DNA of 64,000 nt, from contig JBBTSX010000005.1 of the NCBI GenBank assembly GCA_038064535.1, positions 13,051 to 77,050 on the forward strand. Reading direction: 5' to 3'. The position numbers were made by a program, and so were the translations under genes. The notes beneath the pieces are model-generated. The model had not been told where the DNA came from. It did not search any database and was given only the letters and a program-made list of their open reading frames with translations. This document shows, piece by piece, positions 39,137-49,022 of this stretch (position 1 is the stretch's first letter; every line of letters starts with the position of its first letter). This DNA is from Patescibacteria group bacterium. GTDB lineage: Bacteria > Patescibacteriota > Minisyncoccia > Phycocordibacterales > UBA2100.

Positions 39137-40828
39137 CTATGCAATCGTCTCGAGCATCACTTCATCATTGAGGTCTACAACGCGGGAGAGTTCGTCGAAC
39201 GAGGTAACGCCCTGCAAAATTTTCACCGCACCGTCTTGTGCCATGCGGCGGATGTTCTGATGCTTGGCTGCGTGCCAGATGTCGCGCTCGGACGACGTGT
39301 GACGCACGCATTCTTCGATTTCTCTGTCCATCAAAATCACTTCCACCACGGCGATGCGGCCCTTGTAGCCGAGGCCGCCGCATTTTTCGCAGCCCTTCGG
39401 TATCCACATCTGTTCGCGATTCGCGGGCAGGTCTTCGGTATGCGGGACATTTTTCAGCAGGAAATTCATTTTCTCAAGCACTTTGCCGGTAATCGGCGCG
39501 GCCTGCCTACAATTGGTGCAGAGTTTGCGCACGAGGCGCTGTGCCATCGCGGTCGTTACCGCCGCACCGAGCACCTCGGCCCCCACGCCCATGTCTATGA
39601 GTCGCGGGAAGGTACCGGCGGCGTCGTTGGTGTGGAGCGTTGAGAACACGAGGTGACCGGTGAGCGAGGCATGCACGGCGGTCGACGCCACTTCGGCATC
39701 GCGGATTTCGCCGACCATTATCACGTCGGGGTCTTGGCGCAATGTGCTACGCAAACCCTGTGCGAATGAATAGTCTTTGGAAACCTGTGTCTGCACGATA
39801 CCGGGGAGGTGATACTCGACCGGGTCTTCGATGGTGACGATTTTGATTTCCGGTTTGTGTACCTTGCGCAAGAATGCGTAGAGCGTCGTCGTCTTACCGC
39901 TACCGGTCGGGCCGGTGTTGAGAATCATGCCGTTTGGCTTCGCGATTTCGCGGTCGAAAATATCCATGAGGTATTTGTCGAAGCCGAGCGCCTCCATCGG
40001 GAGTGCGATAGTCGTCGGGTCGAGGAGACGCATGACGATGGTTTCCGCATACGAACCGGGCAAAACGCTAGTGCGTATCTCGACTTCTTTGCCGCCGACG
40101 ACGATGGAGAAGCGGCCGTCTTGTGCCGCATTTTTTATGTTGAGCTTGAGGCCTGACAAGAGTTTGAGACGGCTTGAGATGAGCGCATAGGTCGGTGTGT
40201 CGAATATCAGCACTTCGACAAGCACACCGTCGAGGCGATAGCGCATGCGCACGCCCACCTCTTCGGGCTCGAGGTGCACATCGGAGGCACCGAGCGAGAG
40301 CGCTCCGGCCATGATGATTTCCAGGACGCGCGATATGCGGTGCGTGTCTTTGCTCGCGGTGTGCGAATTGATTTCGACGCGCACATCGTCGAGTGTCTTG
40401 AGCTTCTGCAACATCTGCTGGATGGTGTCGTTGGAGAGCGTGAGGATGCCGGCTTCGGTCTCGGTGGCGTATGAAATATCGTGGAATCGGTCCCACGCAT
40501 GTTCGAGCGAGGCCTGCGAGACGATAAACCGCCGCGGTTCGTAGCCGAGATGCTCGAGGTCTTTGAGCACTTCCAGCGCGTCGGCGCGCTCAGGTGCGCG
40601 CATACCCACGAAGAGCAGTTTGTTCACTTTGTGGAACGGTGCCACCTCGGTTGCGCGCGCCTGCGCTTCGGGAACGAGGCGAAGCGCGTCGGTGTCGATG
40701 GATTTGTTCGTCAGGTCCACGTACTCGATGCCGTATTTGCCGGCAAGCATCGAGGCGAGCTGTTCCTCTTCCTTGGCGCGCAATTCACGCACCCGCTCCT
40801 CCTGCTTTTTCTCGTTGAACTGCGTCAT
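39137..40828 (-). CDS. pilB: type IV pilus/type II secretion assembly ATPase PilB/GspE
   Basis: Walker A GPTGSGKTT, Asp box, His box, tetracysteine CxxC...CxxC. ORF track 39137..41422 has a spurious 198-codon N-terminal extension; start re-picked at MTQFNEKK. Confidence 0.88.
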   Translation of the reverse strand: MTQFNEKKQEERVRELRAKEEEQLASMLAGKYGIEYVDLTNKSIDTDALRLVPEAQARATEVAPFHKVNKLLFVGMRAPERADALEVLKDLEHLGYEPRRFIVSQASLEHAWDRFHDISYATETEAGILTLSNDTIQQMLQKLKTLDDVRVEINSHTASKDTHRISRVLEIIMAGALSLGASDVHLEPEEVGVRMRYRLDGVLVEVLIFDTPTYALISSRLKLLSGLKLNIKNAAQDGRFSIVVGGKEVEIRTSVLPGSYAETIVMRLLDPTTIALPMEALGFDKYLMDIFDREIAKPNGMILNTGPTGSGKTTTLYAFLRKVHKPEIKIVTIEDPVEYHLPGIVQTQVSKDYSFAQGLRSTLRQDPDVIMVGEIRDAEVASTAVHASLTGHLVFSTLHTNDAAGTFPRLIDMGVGAEVLGAAVTTAMAQRLVRKLCTNCRQAAPITGKVLEKMNFLLKNVPHTEDLPANREQMWIPKGCEKCGGLGYKGRIAVVEVILMDREIEECVRHTSSERDIWHAAKHQNIRRMAQDGAVKILQGVTSFDELSRVVDLNDEVMLETIA

Positions 40829-40853
40829 TGTCCCTGTATTGTACACTGGCGGG

Positions 40854-41309
40854 ATGCAGAGGCGGACACATTCGGGCGAGCAATTGAAATCGTTTGCACA
40901 GGAGTACGTACGGACGCTGTCTCCGCGCTCATATGCGACAGTCGTTGCACTCTCCGGCGAGCTCGGGGCAGGGAAGACCACGTTTGTGCAGGGAGTGGCC
41001 GCGGCGCTTGGGGTGCAAGAAACAGTCGCAAGCCCGACGTTTGTTATAGAGAAAGTGTATGAACTGTCGAGGCAAAAATGGGAACGGCTCATACATATAG
41101 ATGCATACCGCCTGAAAAGCGCACACGAGCTCGAAGTTCTCGGCTGGAAAGAAATCACCGAGGACCCCGCGAACCTCATACTGCTGGAGTGGCCGGAACG
41201 CGTGGAAGAAGCGATACCGGATGAAGCAATACATATCCGTATAGACATCGAGGGCGACGGGCGTATCATCTCAATTGAACATGGCAAAAAAGACGGCGAA
41301 AAAAACTGA
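40854..41309 (+). CDS. tsaE: tRNA threonylcarbamoyladenosine biosynthesis protein TsaE
   Basis: GELGAGKTTFVQG P-loop and SPTF motif. Start re-picked downstream of the antisense overlap with pilB. Confidence 0.8.
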   Translation: MQRRTHSGEQLKSFAQEYVRTLSPRSYATVVALSGELGAGKTTFVQGVAAALGVQETVASPTFVIEKVYELSRQKWERLIHIDAYRLKSAHELEVLGWKEITEDPANLILLEWPERVEEAIPDEAIHIRIDIEGDGRIISIEHGKKDGEKN

Positions 41310-43746
41310 AACCTCGGGTAAAAAACTACGGCTCGTACTGCTCGACAGCCACGCGATATTGCACCGTGCGTATCACGCGCTGCCGGATTTCTCGTCGAGC
41401 AAGGGCGAACCGACGGGCGCACTCTACGGGCTCATTCTGATGCTCCTCAAAATCAAGAGCGATTTGAAGCCCGATTACATCGTCGCCGCGCGCGACTTGC
41501 CCGGCACGACGTATCGTCACGAATTGTTCGCGGACTACAAAGCGAAGCGGGTGAAAGCCGAAGACGAGCTCGTCGCACAGCTCAAGCGCGCGCCGAAAGT
41601 TTTTGAGGCATTCGGTATTCCCGTCTACCAGAAAGAAGGGTACGAGGCCGACGATGTGTTGGGTACCATTGTGAAAGAGCTTCGCGGGCGCTCCGATATC
41701 GAAACCATCATCGCCTCCGGCGACATGGACACGCTGCAGCTTGTGGGCGAGCGCGTAAAAGTATTCACCCTGCGCAAAGGTCTCTCGGATACGGTCATGT
41801 ACGACATCGACCGCGTGAAAGAGCGCTACGGATTCGGTCCGGAGTGTGTTGTCGATTACAAAGCACTGCGCGGTGACCCGTCCGACAACATCCCCGGCGT
41901 CAAAGGCATCGGCGAGAAAACTGCGACCGAGCTCATTCAGCAATTCGGCTCGGTGGATGCGATATACAAAGTGCTCAACAAGAATCCGAAAGAAATGGAG
42001 AAAGCCGGCGTGAAGCCGCGCGTCGTCGAGCTGTTGCGCGCGGGCAAGGAGAACGCCGCGTTTTCCAAACAGCTGGCGACCATTCACCCCGACGTGCCGA
42101 TACATTTCGCACTACCGGACCACAAGTGGGACATGCCCGAGCATGTCGCGACCATCGATGCGCTGTGCGACGAACTCGAATTCCGCTCGGTCAAAGAACG
42201 ACTGCACAGTGTGCTTCACAGCGGCGAAGCGAAAGCAGAATCTGCGGACGAGATGTCGGTGGACCCCGCGGCGCTCGAGGAGACGTCAGTCGCACTCTGG
42301 CTCCTGCGTAGCGACCTCACGAGCCCGACGCTCGACGATATCTTGCAGTATGCGGAAACAAAAGATTTTGAAGAGGCGCGGAAGAAAGTATTTGCCGACC
42401 TCAAGAAAACGGGACGTCTCGCCGACGTGTATGAGCACATAGAAAAGCCGCTTATTCCGGTCGTTCACCGTATGAACGAAACGGGTGTCTATATCGACGT
42501 AAAATATCTTGCGGGTCTTTCAAAAGAGTACGGAGATGAGCTCGGCAAAATCGCCGCACGCATCTACAAGCACGCGGGACACGAGTTCAATATCAATTCA
42601 CCCAAACAGCTTGGTGTCATTCTGTATGATGAGCTTAAGATAACGCCCGCAAAGCAGAAGAAAACGGCGACGGGCCTGCCTGTGCGGGCGGAAGTCCGCC
42701 GCACGCAGACAGGCGCGCGCACCACGCGCGAGGAAGAGCTCCAAAAGATGGCCGATTTGCATCCCGTCATCGCCGATATTTTGGCGTATCGCGAATTGCA
42801 GAAGCTTCTTTCGACCTACATCGAAAAAATCCCGCCGCTCATAGCGGAAGATAAGCGCCTGCACGCGCAATTTCTCCAAACAGGGACAGTGACCGGCCGT
42901 ATGGGATGTCAGGACCCGAACCTGCAGAACATTCCCATCCGCACGGAGTACGGCAAACGCATCCGTTCCGCATTCTCAGCCGAAAAAGGTTTCGTACTGG
43001 CGTCGATTGATTACTCGCAAATAGAACTTCGCATCGCGGCGGGTCTTTCGGGCGATGAAAACCTCGTGCGCGTATTCAAAGAGAGTCGCGACGTACACAC
43101 CGAAGTTGCGTCGAAAGTATTCAACGTGCCGGCGGACAAGGTGGATTATGAAATGCGGCGCAGGGCGAAAATAATCAACTTCGGCATTCTCTACGGCATG
43201 GGGGTCAATGCACTGCGCGCGAATTTGGGCGCTTCCGTTACACGCGACGAAGCGGCGCGTTACCTCGACGATTATTTCAAGAATTTTTCCGGACTCGCGC
43301 GTTTCATCGAGAAAACGAAAGCGGACGCCGCGCGGCTCGGCTACACCGAAACACTTTTCGGTCGCCGGCGGTATTTCAGCGGATTCAAATCTTCGTTGCC
43401 GGGTCTGCGTGCACAGGCGGAGCGCATGGCGATGAACGCGCCGATGCAGGGAACGCAGGCCGACATCATCAAGCTCGCGATGGTGGAGGCGGATGCGCTC
43501 ATCGAGAAAAACGGCTGGCGCGCCCCTTCGACGGGCTCAGGGCAGGCAAAAGTGCGGCTCCTGATGCAGGTGCACGACGAACTTGTCTACGAAGTTGATG
43601 AAAAAGAAGCGGAAAGCATTGCGCGTACACTGCGCGACGTGATGGAGAGTGTTGTCGACATTAAACTGTTGTCGGGTGTTCCTGTCGTTGCTGAAATTGC
43701 CATCGGGCCGGACTGGGGTAACGTGAAGAGGATAGAGCGTTCATAA
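41275..43746 (+). CDS. polA: DNA polymerase I
   Basis: 5'-3' exonuclease N-domain and a family A polymerase domain (DYSQIELR, QVHDELV). 823 aa. Confidence 0.92.
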   Translation: MNMAKKTAKKTETSGKKLRLVLLDSHAILHRAYHALPDFSSSKGEPTGALYGLILMLLKIKSDLKPDYIVAARDLPGTTYRHELFADYKAKRVKAEDELVAQLKRAPKVFEAFGIPVYQKEGYEADDVLGTIVKELRGRSDIETIIASGDMDTLQLVGERVKVFTLRKGLSDTVMYDIDRVKERYGFGPECVVDYKALRGDPSDNIPGVKGIGEKTATELIQQFGSVDAIYKVLNKNPKEMEKAGVKPRVVELLRAGKENAAFSKQLATIHPDVPIHFALPDHKWDMPEHVATIDALCDELEFRSVKERLHSVLHSGEAKAESADEMSVDPAALEETSVALWLLRSDLTSPTLDDILQYAETKDFEEARKKVFADLKKTGRLADVYEHIEKPLIPVVHRMNETGVYIDVKYLAGLSKEYGDELGKIAARIYKHAGHEFNINSPKQLGVILYDELKITPAKQKKTATGLPVRAEVRRTQTGARTTREEELQKMADLHPVIADILAYRELQKLLSTYIEKIPPLIAEDKRLHAQFLQTGTVTGRMGCQDPNLQNIPIRTEYGKRIRSAFSAEKGFVLASIDYSQIELRIAAGLSGDENLVRVFKESRDVHTEVASKVFNVPADKVDYEMRRRAKIINFGILYGMGVNALRANLGASVTRDEAARYLDDYFKNFSGLARFIEKTKADAARLGYTETLFGRRRYFSGFKSSLPGLRAQAERMAMNAPMQGTQADIIKLAMVEADALIEKNGWRAPSTGSGQAKVRLLMQVHDELVYEVDEKEAESIARTLRDVMESVVDIKLLSGVPVVAEIAIGPDWGNVKRIERS

Positions 43747-43748
43747 CC

Positions 43749-44420
43749 ATGCTGTATTTTTTCACCGGCACCGATACGGAAAAAGCGCGCGAGGCGATGA
43801 GCACCGCCGTCACAAAGACGAAACAAAAAAATATCGTCCGCATCACCGATGCGCACTCCGCCGCCGACCTTGATGCGGCGCTCGGGGGAGCGGGGATGTT
43901 CGGGGAAGATCGTGTCGTCGTTCTCGACAACGTGCTGGGGAACGATGAGTTGCGGGAGAGGCTTCTTGCCAGGCTCAAAGACTTTTCAAAGTCCGATGAT
44001 GTATTTTTTATGCTCGAGAGTGGCATAGATACGGATACGCGCAAATCGGTGGAGAAGTTTGCGGCAAAAACAGAACGGTTCGATGTGCCAAAAAGAGACC
44101 GCGACAACTCGATTTTCGCGCTCGCGAATGCACTGCAACGTGGACAACGCAAAGAGCTTTGGGTGGGTTACCAGCGGGAATTGCTCAAGGGGAGCGCGCC
44201 CGAGGCAATTCACGGGACGCTGTTTTGGGCCGCAAAACAAGCGTTTTTGCGCTCCGACACCCCCCGCAGTCGCAAACTCGTGGCACAGCTCGCCGAGCTT
44301 CCTCATGAAGCCCGCCGCAAGGGATTTGACCTCGAATATGCGCTCGAGCACTTTGTGCTGTCGCGGGCCTGCCCCGCACCAAAATCAGCCTATTCTGGGC
44401 CGAGGAAGAGTAGCCATTAG
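43749..44420 (+). CDS. possible DNA polymerase III delta subunit HolA-like protein (short)
   Basis: Weak resemblance of the N-terminus to HolA; the call rests mainly on position after polA. Confidence 0.35.
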   Translation: MLYFFTGTDTEKAREAMSTAVTKTKQKNIVRITDAHSAADLDAALGGAGMFGEDRVVVLDNVLGNDELRERLLARLKDFSKSDDVFFMLESGIDTDTRKSVEKFAAKTERFDVPKRDRDNSIFALANALQRGQRKELWVGYQRELLKGSAPEAIHGTLFWAAKQAFLRSDTPRSRKLVAQLAELPHEARRKGFDLEYALEHFVLSRACPAPKSAYSGPRKSSH

Positions 44421-44498
44421 GCGCAATACCATATCGGCTGTCCACTGTTGTCCTTGCGGTGAGATTTTTGGTGCTGGGGTGTGATATCGTTTTAGTAT

Positions 44499-45800
44499 AT
44501 GACCTCTGTAACCCGAGCGCCTCTGTTTTTTGTGGCGGTCTTTTTCGTAGGTACATTGCTCCTTTTGTTTGTGCCAAATCGAACAGACGCTCTTGGATTA
44601 GATGCGGATAAAATGTGTAATCCCGTCATCCTGCAGTGTGGGTGCGGACAAATAATGGGTCCAAAAGGTTGTATCGGCGGTCCCAACATGTGGAAATGTC
44701 CGTGCTACGACACGACGAACACATTTGGTTCCAGCGGAATATGTGTTGCGCCCATGAAATGTTTAGCGCAATCCACCGGCGGGCCCGATGGGTTCGGACT
44801 CGACATTGTTAAATCAATGCTCGGCGAGCTGATGAAAAAGCTCATGCAACAGGGTAGTGGTGGCGGGGGTGGCGGCGGGGGTGGCACCGGCACAGGTATC
44901 GACGGCACAACAGGTCCGACCGGTTGCGGCTCATACGTCGCGACATCCGACGTCACACAAGTTTCCACGTCCAACACCGGAGGAGTTTGCTACTACTATC
45001 AGTCATCGGTCTCGGACCTGCTCGGTGGGAACGATACGACCAACGGCAACGGGTTGAGTCTGTCCGACCAACTCAATGCACTCACCGACTCCAATGCAAA
45101 CACGCTTACCAACAACAATGCCAACACGAGTAGTACTCTTAATCGTCAGTTGAACGAGCGCGCCGCTACCTCCACACCGACAACTACGCGGACAATTTTG
45201 ACACAAGGCGTTCAGGGGGGTCTCATGTCGGGAATTCGGGGCGACATGCAGGTCCTCGGCAACGGGGTCACCATTCTCGCAGCCTCGGTGGACGCGCAGG
45301 GCAACAGCAGCACTGCCGGATTCTACGGTGCGAGCTCCGTCACGGGTCAGCCGGTGAGTACGATAGTAAATCTCTGCAAGGGCCGCCCGTGGTCGAAACA
45401 TATGCTCTCGTATGCACTCCCGCCGACGTTCTTTGACAGTCTGTGTATCATGCGCGGCTATTCAGTGGGTACCGCACAAGCCGCCGCGCCAAGCGTCAAA
45501 ATAGTGCAGAAGATTGCTACATCGAGCGCCACCACGACGCCTCCCGTCCTGCCGCCGAAAGTCGATATCTGGGCGGTGCCGGCATCTGTGCCGCTCGGCT
45601 CGCGTGCGTCGGTATTCTGGACCTCGCAGGGAGTGAAGGACTGCACGATTACGTCGCCCGACGGCGCCTTCTCCCAAGCAGCTCCCTCCGGAAGCGCTTC
45701 GACGGTGGCACTCACGAAGACGACGACATTCACTATCTCCTGCACCGCACCGGACGGAAAGCCGGTCAACAAGTCGGTAACAGTGAACCTTTCGCAGTAA
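44499..45800 (+). CDS. secreted Cys-containing protein with poly-Gly run, family member 1
   Basis: Signal peptide. GLDIVKSMLGELMKKLMQQG then G9. C-terminal 140 aa nearly collinear with the 45947 ORF. Confidence 0.6.
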   Translation: MTSVTRAPLFFVAVFFVGTLLLLFVPNRTDALGLDADKMCNPVILQCGCGQIMGPKGCIGGPNMWKCPCYDTTNTFGSSGICVAPMKCLAQSTGGPDGFGLDIVKSMLGELMKKLMQQGSGGGGGGGGGTGTGIDGTTGPTGCGSYVATSDVTQVSTSNTGGVCYYYQSSVSDLLGGNDTTNGNGLSLSDQLNALTDSNANTLTNNNANTSSTLNRQLNERAATSTPTTTRTILTQGVQGGLMSGIRGDMQVLGNGVTILAASVDAQGNSSTAGFYGASSVTGQPVSTIVNLCKGRPWSKHMLSYALPPTFFDSLCIMRGYSVGTAQAAAPSVKIVQKIATSSATTTPPVLPPKVDIWAVPASVPLGSRASVFWTSQGVKDCTITSPDGAFSQAAPSGSASTVALTKTTTFTISCTAPDGKPVNKSVTVNLSQ

Positions 45801-45900
45801 ACCCCGTTAGAAGCTCACGCGAGGCATTGGTTCTGCGTCCGCAATCTTTTTGCGTTCATCCCCGCGGCAAGCAGTGGGGCGCCCTGCTTCTAACGGGGTA
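45801..45900. repeat. palindromic intergenic element, copy 7 (ACCCCGTTAGAAGCTC ... CTGCTTCTAACGGGGTA) between the two Gly-run paralogs
   Basis: Starts immediately after the TAA stop of the 44499 gene. Confidence 0.85.
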
Positions 45901-45946
45901 AAAGAAGTTCTCTGTATACAACAGGGTACGTTGCACTCCCGCGGGC

Positions 45947-47671
45947 GTGCTACTATTTAGTGACATGAGTACGGTGCACAAAGTTGCTCTAGGCACATTT
46001 CTCGTTTTTGGTTTCGCGCTAACGGCATTTGCCCTCCTGCCGGTCTCGGTCACTGCGCAAAATCTCGGCAGTCCCGAGGACATCCGCTGCGTGAAAGAGT
46101 GCGCGGTCGCCGCGTCGAAGAAAAAACCGTGTCCCACGCCCACGAAAATTGTGTGTCATGTTACGGTAAACGGCGGCACTTCTTTCGGGTTTTGCATGCC
46201 CAACGGCTGCAAGGCAACGGGCTATGGTGGCGGCGGGGGAGGTTCGGGCAACGTCGGACTCGACTTGATCAAGCAGGTTCTCGGCAGTCTGATGCAAAAA
46301 CTCATGCAAGGGGGTCAGGGAAGTGGAAGCGGCAGTGGAAGCGGTTCGGGTTCGGGCGGCACCCCCATAAACACGACTCAGCCGACCTGCTCGCTTACGT
46401 CCACGACAGACTCTACCGACGCCTCAAGTACAAAAGCGACACTATCGTGGACATCTTCATATGATGTGACAAGCGCAACAATCAGTCCGGACATTGGTTC
46501 TGTCTCGCCGAATGGTTCCCAACAGGTTACCGTCACAAGTGCCCTCGGCATCTACAGTATGACGGTGACGGGGCCCGGCGGAACGGGGGCATGCTACAAA
46601 ACCATTTCCGGTCCCGGCGGCGGAGGTGAGTGCGATGCCGTCAGTCAGGCGCTGGGTCTGTGCGGAGGAGGTGGTGGAGGTGCGGACACTACGACGGGGG
46701 ATTTGAGTGTCGAAACCTCGACGGGCGAAGTGCCGTTCCAGGCGGTGTTCTCGGTATCCGCCGGTGCATGCCGAACGGCCGATCTGTTGCTCAACTACGG
46801 CGACGGAAGTTCTCCCGTGACGGTGTTTGTGGCGAATGAGACAACCATGCCCGGCACGTGCACGGGCGACTCCATTTCCGCTTCGCCGGAGCACGCGTAT
46901 CACAATCCCGGCTCGTACACGGCAGAGCTCACTAATTCCGTAAGCCGCGCTTCGGTATCGTCGGTCAACATCACGGCGACTACTCCCGCCAATTCCTCAA
47001 ATAACAACAATGGAAGAACGATTACATCTACACCGAGCAGCACTCTACCGGTCATCGTGCCGCAGGGCGTGATACAAGGACTTACGTCGGGTGTGAGCGG
47101 CGATATCCGGATACTCGGAAACAGCGGGACGATTCTCGCGGGTTCGGTGGACCCGGGAGGCAACAGTGTCACTGCCGGTTTCTTCGGCTCCAACACCTTC
47201 ACCGGCCAGCCGACCGGAGTCATCGCTAATCTTTGCAAGAGCCGTCCGTGGGCGGGCAATATCCTCTCGTACATCCTTCCGGCGACATTCTTTGACAGCC
47301 TGTGCGTGCTGCGCGGCTATCAGGTGGGTACGCCGAAGCCGGCCGCCCCGACCGTCACCGTATTCCAAAGTGCACCCAAAAAAGTGACGAAGACACCCGT
47401 CGCGACGACGACACCCGCCGTCCCACCGAAAGTCGATATCTGGGCGGTGCCCTCTTCCGTGCCCTTGGGCTCGCGCACGTCGGTATTCTGGAGTTCGCAG
47501 GGCGTGACGAACTGCACCGAAACATCACCCGACGGTAGCTTCTCGCAGAACACGCTCTCCGGCGGCGCTTCTACGGTCGCTCTCACCGGCGCGACGACGT
47601 TTACGATGTCCTGCATCGCTCCCGACGGCTCACACGTGACGGACTACGTGACGGTGAACCTCTCGATCTAG
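45947..47671 (+). CDS. secreted Cys-containing protein with Gly/Ser run, family member 2 (tandem paralog)
   Basis: GLDLIKQVLGSLMQKLMQGG then (GS)n. C-terminal LCKSRPWAGNILSYILPATFFDSLCVLRGYQVG... matches the previous gene. Confidence 0.6.
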   Translation: MLLFSDMSTVHKVALGTFLVFGFALTAFALLPVSVTAQNLGSPEDIRCVKECAVAASKKKPCPTPTKIVCHVTVNGGTSFGFCMPNGCKATGYGGGGGGSGNVGLDLIKQVLGSLMQKLMQGGQGSGSGSGSGSGSGGTPINTTQPTCSLTSTTDSTDASSTKATLSWTSSYDVTSATISPDIGSVSPNGSQQVTVTSALGIYSMTVTGPGGTGACYKTISGPGGGGECDAVSQALGLCGGGGGGADTTTGDLSVETSTGEVPFQAVFSVSAGACRTADLLLNYGDGSSPVTVFVANETTMPGTCTGDSISASPEHAYHNPGSYTAELTNSVSRASVSSVNITATTPANSSNNNNGRTITSTPSSTLPVIVPQGVIQGLTSGVSGDIRILGNSGTILAGSVDPGGNSVTAGFFGSNTFTGQPTGVIANLCKSRPWAGNILSYILPATFFDSLCVLRGYQVGTPKPAAPTVTVFQSAPKKVTKTPVATTTPAVPPKVDIWAVPSSVPLGSRTSVFWSSQGVTNCTETSPDGSFSQNTLSGGASTVALTGATTFTMSCIAPDGSHVTDYVTVNLSI

Positions 47672-47687
47672 ACTTTCTCACACACAC

Positions 47688-47722
47688 AAAACACCTGCCG
47701 CAGGGCAGGTGTTTTTGTCTTT
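47688..47722 (+). terminator. intrinsic terminator ACACCTGCCGCAGGGCAGGTGT + TTTTGTCTTTGTGG
   Basis: Hairpin plus a T-rich tail 17 nt after the stop of the 45947 gene. Confidence 0.65.
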
Positions 47723-47853
47723 GTGGTCACACATAATTTTCTGCTGAAAATTTGCGCGACCCCGGCTCGCGGTTTTGCCTGCTGGCAAAACATCGCTCCG
47801 CCTCGCACAAAAGCAGAAAACCTGGCCGTTGTGGCAGGTGTTTCTATCTTTTG

Positions 47854-47926
47854 TGCGCCCGGTTGGAATCGAACCAACGACCCTCTGCTTAAAAGGCAGG
47901 TGCTCTACCGACTGAGCTACGGGCGC
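47854..47926 (-). tRNA. tRNA-Lys (anticodon TTT)
   Basis: Cloverleaf folded by hand: acceptor GCGCCCG/CGGGCGC, anticodon loop CTTTTAA, T-loop GGTTCGATTCC. Confidence 0.85.
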
Positions 47927-48053
47927 GCACGAGGAACAAAAAAAGAATACCGCATTTTCTCACTTTCTCCGAACATCCCGCCCGAACGAAGTACCGGCGG
48001 ACGACGCTTGATTCTATGCGAGACCGGAACGTACGTCCACGTTGAATTGCACT

Positions 48054-48437
48054 TTAGAGAGGTAAGTCGAAGGCGAGAGCGCCGGCACCTGTCACCAAAA
48101 GCGAGAAGCACATGACGAGCGCAAGGAGCGCCGTCGAACGGGGACCTGTGCGTAGCGAGGGCACGAACAATCCGGCAAGTAGCAACACTGCCGCACCGAG
48201 CGCGACCGCCTGCGTCCACGTGCCGGAGAGGAGCGCCGCCGCGACCGCGATTTCAATAATAGCGAACACGCGCATCATGATGGCGGGCTCTGAAATGTGC
48301 CGCCATGATGCACCGGCAAAGAGTATGGCGAGGGCAATACGGATAATGAACGCCGAGAGCGGGGCGAGAAAAAGTATTTGCGGGAACAGCGATAACATAC
48401 AAGACAGTATAGCGTATTCCGCCTGCCTGCCGTGCTT
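48054..48437 (-). CDS. DoxX-like small membrane protein
   Basis: 3-4 TM helices. Start re-picked to avoid the antisense overlap with the methyltransferase gene. Confidence 0.4.
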   Translation of the reverse strand, partial: KHGRQAEYAILSCMLSLFPQILFLAPLSAFIIRIALAILFAGASWRHISEPAIMMRVFAIIEIAVAAALLSGTWTQAVALGAAVLLLAGLFVPSLRTGPRSTALLALVMCFSLLVTGAGALAFDLPL

Positions 48438-48471
48438 CATTTCCGGCGCAGGCAGGTATACAGTATCCCGC

Positions 48472-48936
48472 ATGGAGATAGCGGTGCTTTTGCACAACGT
48501 GCGCAGTGCGCACAATGTCGGTTCAATATTCCGCACGTGTGACGCCGCGGGCGTCTCCCGTGTGTATCTCACCGGCTACACGCCGGCGCCGACAGACCGT
48601 TTCGGGCGTGCGCAAAAAGATATCGCCAAAACAGCCCTCGGCGCAGAGCACAACGTGCCGTGGGAATACCGGAAATCGCCGACGGCTGTCATCGCGCGGC
48701 TGAACAAAACTCGTTGGCGGATTGTTGGAGTTGAACAGTCCCCGCGGGCAGTTCCATATATGGAACTGCCCGCCCAAGACAAGTCACTGTACATTTTCGG
48801 AAACGAAGTGCGGGGGATTTCAAAAAGCATCCTGAATGCGTGCGACTCCGTCATCGAAATTCCGATGCACGGAAAGAAAGAGTCACTCAACGTCTCCGTC
48901 GCGGCAGGAATTATTCTGTTTTCAACGGTACGCTGA
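48472..48936 (+). CDS. SpoU/TrmH-family RNA 2'-O-methyltransferase
   Basis: VRSAHNVGSIFRTCDAAG ... IFGNEVRGIS ... IPMHGKKESLNVSVAAGIILF SPOUT motifs. Start re-picked at MEIAVLL within ORF 48112..48936. Confidence 0.8.
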   Translation: MEIAVLLHNVRSAHNVGSIFRTCDAAGVSRVYLTGYTPAPTDRFGRAQKDIAKTALGAEHNVPWEYRKSPTAVIARLNKTRWRIVGVEQSPRAVPYMELPAQDKSLYIFGNEVRGISKSILNACDSVIEIPMHGKKESLNVSVAAGIILFSTVR

Positions 48937-49022
48937 TTTGGCGAGGCCCGCATTTTTTGCCTGCGGAACTCGCTTCGCTCAAACAGGTCCTCGGCTTCAA
49001 AACGCGGGCCTCGCCTAGGGCG

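Noticed and set aside
40829-41422. 198-codon N-terminal extension of the pilB ORF (39137..41422)
   Set aside because: The extension is low-complexity and antisense to tsaE. The PilB homology starts at MTQFNEKK (40828).
48112-48471. First 120 codons of ORF 48112..48936 (MTSARSAVERG...)
   Set aside because: This part is antisense to a DoxX-like membrane gene and carries no methyltransferase homology. The SpoU domain begins at MEIAVLL (48472).
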